Source of the DNA: Elusimicrobiales bacterium
Lineage (GTDB): Bacteria; Elusimicrobiota; Elusimicrobia; Elusimicrobiales; UBA9959
Direction of reading: 5' to 3'
Assembly: GCA_041665305.1 (NCBI GenBank)
Contig: JBAYJD010000007.1
Location: 6,512 to 70,511, forward strand
Length of the DNA: 64,000 nt
The position numbers and the translations under genes are program-made. The notes under the pieces are model-generated. The model saw nothing but the letters and a program-made list of their open reading frames with translations, ran no database searches and was not told the DNA's origin. This document shows positions 23,267-31,673 of the stretch, piece after piece (position 1 is the first letter of the stretch; every line of letters begins with the position of its first letter).

Positions 23267-25386
23267 TTTGCCGGTTGTCCGCCCTGCAGCAGGACTTTTC
23301 TGGAGAGCCTGATCTTGCCGTTGTTGTCCATATCGATGACCTTGACCTTCACTTCTTCGCCCATCTTAAGGACATCTTCCACGCGCCGTATGCGCTGGGT
23401 GTCTATCTCCGAGATATGCAGGAGGCCTTCCTTGCCGGGCAGGATCTCTACGAACGCGCCGAAGTCGACTATCGAGACCACTTTGCCGGTGTAGATCGTG
23501 CCTATCTCCACTTCCATAGTGTAGTAGCCCACCATCTGCTTGGCGGCCTCAAGGCTCGCCCGGTCGGTGCAGGAAATGAAGATCGAACCGTCGTCGTCGA
23601 CTTCAATGTCGGCGCCGGTCTTCTCGATTATCCCGCGGATGTTCTTTCCGCCCGGCCCTATGAACTGGCCGATCTTTTCCTTGGCGATCTGCATCTTGGC
23701 TATGCCGGGGGCGTACCTGGAGATGTCGGTCCTCGGAGCGGGCATATACTTTTCCATGAGGTCGAGGATATGGTTCCTGCCGCGGGTGGCCTGCTCTATG
23801 GCTTCGCCGAGTATGTTCAGCGGAATGCCGGTCGCCAGCTTCACATCCATCTGAAAAGCGGTGACGCCTTTCCGGGTGCCGGTCAGCTTGAAGTCCATGT
23901 CGCCGAAGTGATCTTCGAATCCGGAGATGTCGGAGATGACGGCGTGATTGGACCCGTCTGTGATGAGGCCCATGGCTATGCCGGAGCACGCCGCTTTCAT
24001 GGGCACGCCCGCGTCGAACATCGCCAGCGAGCCGCCGCAGACGGAAGCCATCGAGGAGGAGCCGTTCGACTCCAGGATGTCGGAAACTATCCTGATGGTG
24101 TAAGGGAAGATGTCGTCGGAGGGCAGGAGCGGAGTGAGCGCGCGCTTGGCGAGCGCGCCGTGGCCTATCTCCCTTCTGCCCGGGCCCCTGTCGGGGCGGA
24201 CCTCGCCGGTGGAGTAGCCGGGGAAGTTGTAATGCAGCATGAATTTATCCAGGGAGCGGCCTTCCAGGTCGTCCAGGATCTGTTTGTCGGCCGGGGTGCC
24301 GAGCGTTACCGTGGCCATGGTCTGGGTCTGGCCCCTGGTGAACACGGCCGAGCCGTGGGTCCTGGGGAGGAAGCCCGCCTGCATGGAGATCTTGCGGATC
24401 TCGTCGGTTTTCCTGCCGTCGGCGCGGAGCCTTTTCTCGAGGATCTGCGCCCTTGACAGGCCGTAGATGATCTCTTCCATCAGGGTCTTAACCTGGAAGG
24501 AAACCGTTTTTTCTTCCGGGAATGTTTCGGTCATTTCTTTGATGAGGCCGTCTTTGACCTCGGAGATGGTGTTTTCCAGCACTTCCTTGGAAGGGAAGGA
24601 GGAGAGGAGTTTTTCGATGGCCGGTTTGGCCTTGGCTTCCACGGCGGACTTGATCTCCGGCTTTATGACGGGGGTCGGGACCAGGGTCTTGGGTTTGCCG
24701 CAGGCTTCGCGGAGCTTGATCTGCAGGTTGCAAAGTTTGTCTATTTCCGGTTTGCAGAGCTCCATGGCGGCGATCAGGTCGGAGTTGGCGATCTCTTTTC
24801 CCCCGCCCTCGCACATCAGGATGCCTTTGAGCGTGCCGGAGATGACGAGCTCAAGCTCGGCGCCCTGGCGCTGCTCGAAAGTCGGGTTCAGGATGAATTT
24901 GCCTTCCACCTTGCCCACCCTGGCGGCGGCCACGGGGCCGTTGAACGGGATGTCCGAGATCATCACGGCGGCGGCCGCCGCGTTTATGGCCAGGACATCG
25001 GAGTCGTTCTGGCCGTCGCTGGACATGACCAGGGAGACCACCTGGGTCTCGGTGTTGAAATATTCCGGGAACAAAGGCCTTAAGGTGCGGTCGGAAAGCC
25101 TGGAGGCCAGGACTTCCTTCTCGCGGGCTTTTCCTTCCCTTTTAAAGAAGCCGCCGGGGATCTTGCCCGCGGCGTAGGTCCTTTCCTTGTAATCCACCGA
25201 GAGGGGTACGAATTCCGGCGGATTATCCTTGGGTTTTTTTGCCTGGACGCAGGAGGCCAGCACCATGGTCTCGCCGCAGCGGGCCATCACGGAGCCGCCG
25301 GCCTGTTTGGCCAGAAGCCCGGTTTCGAATGAAATCGTCTTATCTCCGACCTTTTCTTCAAGGCGGACTATTTTGGGTTCTGTCAT
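23263..25386 (-). CDS. pnp: polyribonucleotide nucleotidyltransferase (PNPase)
   Basis: 707 aa with two RNase PH domains, KH and S1 (GTIYTGKVVSIVDFGAFVEILPGKEGLLHISE). Confidence 0.97.
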   Translation of the reverse strand: MTEPKIVRLEEKVGDKTISFETGLLAKQAGGSVMARCGETMVLASCVQAKKPKDNPPEFVPLSVDYKERTYAAGKIPGGFFKREGKAREKEVLASRLSDRTLRPLFPEYFNTETQVVSLVMSSDGQNDSDVLAINAAAAAVMISDIPFNGPVAAARVGKVEGKFILNPTFEQRQGAELELVISGTLKGILMCEGGGKEIANSDLIAAMELCKPEIDKLCNLQIKLREACGKPKTLVPTPVIKPEIKSAVEAKAKPAIEKLLSSFPSKEVLENTISEVKDGLIKEMTETFPEEKTVSFQVKTLMEEIIYGLSRAQILEKRLRADGRKTDEIRKISMQAGFLPRTHGSAVFTRGQTQTMATVTLGTPADKQILDDLEGRSLDKFMLHYNFPGYSTGEVRPDRGPGRREIGHGALAKRALTPLLPSDDIFPYTIRIVSDILESNGSSSMASVCGGSLAMFDAGVPMKAACSGIAMGLITDGSNHAVISDISGFEDHFGDMDFKLTGTRKGVTAFQMDVKLATGIPLNILGEAIEQATRGRNHILDLMEKYMPAPRTDISRYAPGIAKMQIAKEKIGQFIGPGGKNIRGIIEKTGADIEVDDDGSIFISCTDRASLEAAKQMVGYYTMEVEIGTIYTGKVVSIVDFGAFVEILPGKEGLLHISEIDTQRIRRVEDVLKMGEEVKVKVIDMDNNGKIRLSRKVLLQGGQPAK

Positions 25387-25391
25387 TGGTT

Positions 25392-25661
25392 TTATTTCCT
25401 TAAGCCTAGTTGTTTGATCACTTTCTTGTACTCTTCGCGGTTGATCTTTTCGAGGTAGGTGAGAAAGTGTTTTCTCTTGTTGACGAGAATGGAAAGGCCC
25501 CTCTTGGTGGAGTGGTCTTTGGGGTTGGTGGTGATATGTTTTGCCAGATACTGGATCCTTTCGGTCAGCAGGGCCACCTGAACGGCCGTGGAACCGGTAT
25601 TGACGGGGTTAGCGGCGAATTTCTCCACTATTTCTTTGGTTTTCTGTTTGGTTGTCGGCAT
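25392..25661 (-). CDS. rpsO: 30S ribosomal protein S15
   Basis: 89 aa: TGSTAVQVALLTERIQYLAKHITTNPKDHSTKRGLSILVNKRKHFLTYL. Classic rpsO-pnp pairing. Confidence 0.97.
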   Translation of the reverse strand: MPTTKQKTKEIVEKFAANPVNTGSTAVQVALLTERIQYLAKHITTNPKDHSTKRGLSILVNKRKHFLTYLEKINREEYKKVIKQLGLRK

Positions 25662-25699
25662 TATTTAGTCTCTCTTGTTAGGATTCTTATCTTGGGACT

Positions 25700-25728
25700 A
25701 TTATAGGAATTCCATCCATCCAAGTCAA
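25700..25728 (-). promoter_or_regulatory. consensus sigma70-type promoter of rpsO-pnp
   Basis: Minus strand: TTGACT (25728-25723), 17 nt, TATAAT (25705-25700). About 40 nt upstream of the rpsO ATG. Confidence 0.7.
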
Positions 25729-25735
25729 CATTCCC

Positions 25736-25765
25736 TTGACATGTTTGCGCGGTCTGGTGTATTAT
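25736..25765 (+). promoter_or_regulatory. divergent plus-strand promoter-like element (TTGACA-18-TATTAT) facing the 3' end of the ABC-F gene
   Basis: TTGACA 25736-25741 and TATTAT 25760-25765. No plus-strand gene lies downstream. Confidence 0.4.
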
Positions 25766-25778
25766 GTCGTCGGCTGCG

Positions 25779-25823
25779 CGGGCTATCTGACGGAAAAGTA
25801 TGGGAAAAGGAGAAGATAGCCCG
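25779..25823 (-). terminator. 10-bp perfect hairpin CGGGCTATCT / AGATAGCCCG with a 25-nt loop, 4 nt after the ABC-F stop
   Basis: Arms at 25779-25788 and 25814-25823. No clear U-tract on the minus strand; GUUGUUACGUUUGG follows on the plus strand. Confidence 0.45.
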
Positions 25824-25827
25824 GTTG

Positions 25828-27633
25828 TTACGTTTGGAGTTCGGACCAGGCGGAGATAAGCGCTTCAACTTTGCGCAGGGCCGCGTCCAGTTTTCCGTGC
25901 CGTTCGGCCAGCTCCCGGGCGTCGGCGGCGACGGCGGGGTCTTCCAGGGCGCGGCGGGCTTTTTCAGCCTGGTTCTCCGCGGTTTGGATCTCGGCTTCCA
26001 GTTTTCTCAGGGCGTTCCTGAGTTCGCGCGTTTCTTTGGCGGAAGCTCCAGGCCGGTCCTCCTTCGGCCGCAGGGCCGGGGCCGGCTGTCGGGCTGTGTT
26101 GTTTTCCTCTTCCTCCCTCCAATTCTCCCATTGCGAAAGATCCGCGAAAAAACGGGCGTTGCCGCGGCCGTCCAGAGCCAGCAGCCGCAGGCTTACCCGT
26201 TCGAGCAGATAGCGGTCGTGGGTGACCAGCACCAGGGCGCCCGGGAATTCCAGCATGCTTGACTCCAGGACTTCGAGAGATTGCAGGTCCAGGTCGTTGG
26301 TCGGCTCGTCCAAAAGGATCACATCGGCCGGTTTGAGCATAAAACCGGCTATAAGCACCCGGGCCTGCTCTCCGCCGGAGAGGACTTTCAGCGGCATCTC
26401 CAGCTGTTCCTGGCGGAATAAAAACCGGGAAGCCCAGCCGCGCACGTGGATCGATCTGCCTTTGTAAACGACATGTTCTCCGTTACCCGCCAGCGCCTGT
26501 TTAAGGGTCAGGTCCAGGTCGAGCTTTGCGCGGTGCTGGTCGAAGACGGCCACCCGCAGGCCCTCCGCCCGTTTAATGGTTCCGGAGTCCGGCGCCGATT
26601 CCCCCGCCAGCATTTTGAGAAGAGTGCTCTTGCCCGAACCATTGCCGCCAAGCAGGCCCAGCTTGTCTCCGGGGCTGAGGGTGAGGCTCAGCGGTCCGAA
26701 CAGTTTGCGCCCTCCCATGCTCTTGGCGGCGTTTACCGCGTAGATCAGGCGGTCGGCCTGCCGGTCGCCGGCCGTAAAATCCATGTCCGCCGCGCGGCCC
26801 TGGGCATTGTGATATTCCAGGTCCGAAAGTTCGTTGATAAGTTCGCCGGCGCGGTCGATCCTTGCCTTCTGCTTGGTAGTGCGCGCCCTGGGACCTTTGC
26901 GCAGCCAGGCTATTTCCCCCCGCACGATATTGCGCGCCGAATCTTCGCGCGCCTCCTGCGCGTCGAAGAAGGCTTCGCGGTTCTCCAGGAACCGGGTGTA
27001 GTTCCCCGCGCTGCTGAAGTGCCCCTCCGGGTAGCGCTTGTTAAGTTCCACCACGCGGTTGGTCACGCGCTCCAGGAACCGGCGGTCGTGCGTGACCACC
27101 AGAAATGAGAATTTTAGGTCGGAAATGAACCGCTCCAGCCAGCGCACGCCCTCTATGTCCAGGTGGTTGGTGGGTTCGTCCAGCAGGAGGAGGTCCGGTT
27201 CGCGCGCCGTCCGCGCCAGGATGGCCAGCCGTTTTAGCCACCCGCCGGAAAGCGCGGCCGCCTGCTGCGCGGGATCGGTAAAGCCCGCCGCGGCGAGGCC
27301 GGAGTCCGCGCGGATGTCCATTTCGTGATCCTGCAGGTTCAGGCCCTGCAGGGAGCGCACGACTTCCTGCCGTACGGTCCAGCCCGCGGGAGCCGGTTCA
27401 AAAAAATCCTGCTGCGGCAGGTATCCCAGGCGCAGGCCGCGCCGCCGCGTGACCGCGCCGGAGTCCGGAGCCTCGCGGCCCGCCAGGATCTTGAGCAGGG
27501 TGGATTTCCCTGCGCCGTTGGGCCCGATAAGTCCGGTGCGTTCGCCTTCGGAGAGTCCGAAGGACAAATTTTCGAACAGCGGCCGCGAGCCGAAGGTCTT
27601 GGAAAGAGCCTGGCAGCTAAGCAGTATGGCCAT
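25828..27633 (-). CDS. ABC-F family ATPase (Uup/EttA-like, two ABC domains, C-terminal coiled coil)
   Basis: 601 aa. Two Walker A motifs (GPNGAGKST, GGNGSGKST), two LSGG signatures, no TM domain. Confidence 0.9.
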   Translation of the reverse strand: MAILLSCQALSKTFGSRPLFENLSFGLSEGERTGLIGPNGAGKSTLLKILAGREAPDSGAVTRRRGLRLGYLPQQDFFEPAPAGWTVRQEVVRSLQGLNLQDHEMDIRADSGLAAAGFTDPAQQAAALSGGWLKRLAILARTAREPDLLLLDEPTNHLDIEGVRWLERFISDLKFSFLVVTHDRRFLERVTNRVVELNKRYPEGHFSSAGNYTRFLENREAFFDAQEAREDSARNIVRGEIAWLRKGPRARTTKQKARIDRAGELINELSDLEYHNAQGRAADMDFTAGDRQADRLIYAVNAAKSMGGRKLFGPLSLTLSPGDKLGLLGGNGSGKSTLLKMLAGESAPDSGTIKRAEGLRVAVFDQHRAKLDLDLTLKQALAGNGEHVVYKGRSIHVRGWASRFLFRQEQLEMPLKVLSGGEQARVLIAGFMLKPADVILLDEPTNDLDLQSLEVLESSMLEFPGALVLVTHDRYLLERVSLRLLALDGRGNARFFADLSQWENWREEEENNTARQPAPALRPKEDRPGASAKETRELRNALRKLEAEIQTAENQAEKARRALEDPAVAADARELAERHGKLDAALRKVEALISAWSELQT

Positions 27634-27662
27634 TATTTTCCGGGGAGTTCATGGAAAACATT

Positions 27663-30398
27663 TTATTTTACGCTCCAGTAGCCGCCGGATTCGGTCTTCT
27701 TTATCCGTGCGGCGCCGCCCGAGACTTCAAGATGTTCGTATACGGAGGAGCTCTCTTCCCGCTTTATGTTCTTTTTATAGATCCTGCTTCGGATCGTTAT
27801 GTTATAGGAGGCGGCGTACCTCTTGTTCCCGTCGGCGATCACCTGCAGGTTCGTTATCTCAACGGAGATCTCGTCGAAAAGCCGGAAGATGCGGGTGAAC
27901 TGTTCTTCGAGGTCCGCTGCGGTGGTTCCGTCCCCCGCCGTCCAGTCGTCCGCTACGAAGGACATTATTTTTGCCGTGTTCCGCGCTTCATAGGCGCTTT
28001 TAAAGCCTTCGTACATCTTGCGCGCCGCGGCGGCCCCGGGGTCCCGGTCGTTCTGCGCGGTTTCCAGTTCCTTTAACCGCCTGGCCTCGGTTATGGCCTT
28101 GCCCGCGGGGCTGTCCCAGAAAGCGGCAGTGATCGCGTCCAGCTCCGCGCGTTTGGCCTTCACCGAGGCCGGGTAGAAACCGGTCCGCAAGAGGATAGGC
28201 TGCTTGCCGTCGACCATCGGTCCCAGGCTGGAATTTTTTATGACGAGCTTCTGCGGTTTAAGTTCTTCGGCCGGGTCGAAAAAGAAGGTGGAGCGGACCT
28301 CGTCCTGGATCGCGTTTAGTTTGGCGTCGGCTTCCCGCGAGGGTTTGAACAGCCGCTCCATTTCCCCGGCGTATTCTTCGCCGCCGGCGGCGGCGAGGCT
28401 GGAAAGATCGGCGGCGAGGCCGGTTCTCAACTCGGCGGCGGCGGCTCCGGCGGCGGCCAGCATGCGCGTTTCGGCCGCGCGCAGGCAGCGCAATCCCTCT
28501 TCGGCTCCGAACATCGCGTCGGACAGCCCGGACGGGCCGGATCGCAGGAATGTGTCCACGCCTTCCAGCCCGTCGAGCCGCGGCGAATAGCCGGCGACGG
28601 GTTTAAGCGCCGTTTCCATGGCCGTCCTGTGCGCCTGGTTCTTCGCTCCGTAGCTTATAAAGCCCGCCTCCGACATCAGCGGCGCGGAGCCCATTTCGAA
28701 GACGGCTTTTTGTTCGTCGGCGAGGCCGTAGTAAAGAAGAGCGGCAGATCTTTGCGCCGCCTGCGCCGCGGAGAATGCCTGTTTGGCCGCGTTGATCCGG
28801 GATTCGAGGTCGGCGAGATCGTGCTTGCCGTCGTATGCGAATTCGCGCACGAACTCATCCGGCAGGGAGGCTACGGGGGCCGACTTTTTGTTGAAGTCGT
28901 CAAGCGCGGCGCGCACGGCGGCCGCGGCCCCGGGCAGGGCGTCCCTGAAGGAGCGTGTTTTTTCCGCGTACTTCTCCGCGTAAGTTTTCGCCTCGGCGTA
29001 GATGGCGTCCTTCTGTGCGGCCGCTTCGGCGGCCAGGGCGGCGAACTTCGCGTCCAGCCCTTCCGTTCCGGCCTTGTACCTTTCGACATAGGCCAGCGGC
29101 CCCTCATAGTAGGCGGACCAGGCGGTGGTTTTCTCCACTTCGGGCGGGTTCGGCACATAGAAGCCCTGCGGTCCGTAGGTCTGCCGGACCGAGCGCCATT
29201 GCCCCGCCGCGGCGGCCATGTCGGTTATGACGGGCTCGATCTTGGAACGGATCTCGTTTTTATAATCTTCCAGTTCGGACCGGTAGGCTTTTATCCACTC
29301 GCCGCGGCCGCGGGCGTTTTCCTCGACGCTCTGCATCGCGGAATAAGTGCGGGGTCCGGTAAGCCCTTCCGCCGAGGCCGCGAACGAAAGCAGAGCGTCC
29401 TGCGCGTCGTCGGAAACGTAATAATGCGTTACCGCGCCCGGGCGCTTGATCCCGGTCCAGGCGGCGTCGGCGGACCTGCGGTCGGCGTCCAGCGCCTCCG
29501 TGAGCGACTTAAGATAGCGGTCTATGCTTTCCTGGATCTTGCGTTTTTTCTCTTCGGGCGAGTCCTTGGGACCGAGGGCGGAGGGCGGGATTTGCGCGGG
29601 TCTTGAGATTTCGGTTTTGACCAGCCCCGACGGTCCCTTTTTTTTCGCCGCCTCGGCGTCCTTTTCAGCCTTTTTCCTTTCTTCTTCTTTCAGTTTTCCG
29701 GCTTCGGCTACGAGGGCCTGTCCCTCTTTCTGAAGATCGGTTATCAGTTTGTCGGCGGCTTTTATCGTGGAGGCGTTCTGATCCAGCTGTTCCTGCATGT
29801 CGGAGATCAATTGTCTCAGGTCCGGAAGTTTTTCACGGAGAGTTCTGCCGTCGGCCTCATCTTCAAGCAGCTTGCCGGCTTTAAGGAGTATGTCGATGTT
29901 GTCCTTTGAAAGCCCGCTTTTAAGTTCGTTCTCGTCGGCCTTGTTGAAAATGTATACCCCGACCTTTACCGAGTCGCTGTAGCCGGGCACGCCGGCGGCG
30001 TCCTTGGCCCTGTCGAGGGCGGCTTTCGGGGCGATGTATTTCGCAGCGATCGTGAAACCTTCTTTTGAAAGTACGCTAAGGCCGTCCGTGGCGGCCGCCG
30101 CGATGCCGCCGGCGCCCAAAGTGGCCGCGGTGAACCCGTATTCCACCACCTTGCAGGCCTTGGCAGTATTCTCCCGCTGTATCATTTCTTCGACTTTTAT
30201 CTTGGCCTGCATCAGGCGGTTCATCACCTCAAGGTTCGAGGTCTGCGTCTTTATGGCCTGGGTCAGCGTATTGCGATGAAAGGCCGCGGAGTGGGAAAGC
30301 CAGGCAAGGTCGTTCTGCGCCTCCGCGTAGGTTTTCGGCGCGGCCGCGGCCGGGCCCGCGCAGGAAAGCAGGGTGATGGCGAGCAATAGGTGTTTCAT
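27663..30398 (-). CDS. large secreted, possibly lipid-anchored alpha-helical protein with a C-terminal NTF2-like module
   Basis: 911 aa. N-terminus MKHLLLAITLLSCAGPAAAAP (possible lipobox LLSC). Long Ala/Glu/Lys-rich helical regions. C-terminal FKSAYEARNTAKIMSFVADDWTAGDG... module shared with the upstream gene product. Confidence 0.55.
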   Translation of the reverse strand: MKHLLLAITLLSCAGPAAAAPKTYAEAQNDLAWLSHSAAFHRNTLTQAIKTQTSNLEVMNRLMQAKIKVEEMIQRENTAKACKVVEYGFTAATLGAGGIAAAATDGLSVLSKEGFTIAAKYIAPKAALDRAKDAAGVPGYSDSVKVGVYIFNKADENELKSGLSKDNIDILLKAGKLLEDEADGRTLREKLPDLRQLISDMQEQLDQNASTIKAADKLITDLQKEGQALVAEAGKLKEEERKKAEKDAEAAKKKGPSGLVKTEISRPAQIPPSALGPKDSPEEKKRKIQESIDRYLKSLTEALDADRRSADAAWTGIKRPGAVTHYYVSDDAQDALLSFAASAEGLTGPRTYSAMQSVEENARGRGEWIKAYRSELEDYKNEIRSKIEPVITDMAAAAGQWRSVRQTYGPQGFYVPNPPEVEKTTAWSAYYEGPLAYVERYKAGTEGLDAKFAALAAEAAAQKDAIYAEAKTYAEKYAEKTRSFRDALPGAAAAVRAALDDFNKKSAPVASLPDEFVREFAYDGKHDLADLESRINAAKQAFSAAQAAQRSAALLYYGLADEQKAVFEMGSAPLMSEAGFISYGAKNQAHRTAMETALKPVAGYSPRLDGLEGVDTFLRSGPSGLSDAMFGAEEGLRCLRAAETRMLAAAGAAAAELRTGLAADLSSLAAAGGEEYAGEMERLFKPSREADAKLNAIQDEVRSTFFFDPAEELKPQKLVIKNSSLGPMVDGKQPILLRTGFYPASVKAKRAELDAITAAFWDSPAGKAITEARRLKELETAQNDRDPGAAAARKMYEGFKSAYEARNTAKIMSFVADDWTAGDGTTAADLEEQFTRIFRLFDEISVEITNLQVIADGNKRYAASYNITIRSRIYKKNIKREESSSVYEHLEVSGGAARIKKTESGGYWSVK

Positions 30399-30407
30399 AG
30401 CGGATCG

Positions 30408-31634
30408 TTAGAATTTCTTGACCAGGAAGGCGGCTTCCTGGGTTCCGCCCGCGGCGGGCATGGAGAGCGGCTCGACGCAATAGAAGTCCGAACTTATGTC
30501 GAAGCAATAAGAATTCCCCGTTGAGGCCGGAATACTGCCGCCTGAGGAATAGCCGGTAAGATTCTTTACCTCGGGAGCGGTTAATGAGGAAAGCGGCTTA
30601 AGGAATTCTTTGACCTGCGTAGGGTGGTTGTAGTAGCCTATGCTGGTCCCTCCGGCATAGAACCAGATATCCGGGCCCGAGCCCAGGCCGCAGGATTTTT
30701 CGCCCGTGGCGAATTTATAGGCCGGGAAGGCGGCGGGGCACGAGATGGCGACCCTGGTTCCCGCGCCGCCGATGGTCCCGGCGTCGTCGAGCACAAGGAT
30801 ATCCGCGCCGCCTCCCAGCACGGTCCCGGTGGCGACATTTTCCGCGTCCGAGAGTCCGAACATCAAAGGCTGTTTCATGCTGAACAGCGACAGCCTGCCG
30901 TCTTTGGAATCAAACACGAATTCCGTGGCGCCGGCGTCGGTATTGGAGGCGCCGGTCTTGTTTACGAACACCATGCGGTTATAGGTGACCGAAACGAATA
31001 CCCTGCCCTGGGCGCCGGCCGCGATGTTATTTATAGTATAACGCAGGTTGATGGAGCTGAGCGCGTCAAAGTCGCGTTTGACGGCTCGCTCAAGTATGTC
31101 TTTGTCGCCGGCGAAATCGTCGCCCACATACCCCATGAATTTCCCGAGATTTTCCCGGCTATAGGCGTCGAACATGGCGTCCAGGGTCCCCCGCACTCCG
31201 GCCTGGATGTTCTCGCCGGAGAGGGACAGTTCTTTGCGGGTATCCTCGACCTTGTTGGTCTTGCCGGCCGTGTCCGTGACTTCAAGGAGCATCGCGTAGG
31301 TCTTTCCGGTTTCCGGCCTGAAGGAATATTCAAACGCCCCGTTGTCGGCGAATTTTATGTCGGTCCAGGAGGCCTTGTCGTCGAGCGTGAGGCGCACGGC
31401 GCCGACCGCGCTTCTGCCCGCGGAAGCTTTGCCGCTGATCTTTATGAGCCCGTCGCTTGCGAGCGTCTCCCTGAAGAGCTTTATCTTCGGGCCGGTCTCG
31501 TCGGCGGAAATATTGTTCACGTACAGATATTTAAGTCCTACCTCGTCGTTGGACTTGCCGAAGATCCACCATTTGGCGTCGGCGCTCGCGGATATCGCCG
31601 TCATCGTCGTTAGTATCAGCAGCAGTTTTTTCAT
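30408..31634 (-). CDS. secreted hypothetical protein (Ig-like region + NTF2-like module + Cys-containing C-terminal domain)
   Basis: 408 aa with signal peptide MKKLLLILTTMTAISASADA. Internal FDAYSRENLGKFMGYVGDDFAGDKD... module is paralogous to the C-terminus of the 911-aa protein. Confidence 0.55.
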   Translation of the reverse strand: MKKLLLILTTMTAISASADAKWWIFGKSNDEVGLKYLYVNNISADETGPKIKLFRETLASDGLIKISGKASAGRSAVGAVRLTLDDKASWTDIKFADNGAFEYSFRPETGKTYAMLLEVTDTAGKTNKVEDTRKELSLSGENIQAGVRGTLDAMFDAYSRENLGKFMGYVGDDFAGDKDILERAVKRDFDALSSINLRYTINNIAAGAQGRVFVSVTYNRMVFVNKTGASNTDAGATEFVFDSKDGRLSLFSMKQPLMFGLSDAENVATGTVLGGGADILVLDDAGTIGGAGTRVAISCPAAFPAYKFATGEKSCGLGSGPDIWFYAGGTSIGYYNHPTQVKEFLKPLSSLTAPEVKNLTGYSSGGSIPASTGNSYCFDISSDFYCVEPLSMPAAGGTQEAAFLVKKF

Positions 31635-31673
31635 GATTATCTCCTGTTATGCGGACCCTATGCGCGGAAAGTT

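Noticed and set aside
23275-24456. 393-aa plus-strand ORF antisense to pnp
   Set aside because: An antisense artefact. The PNPase frame is full-length and conserved.
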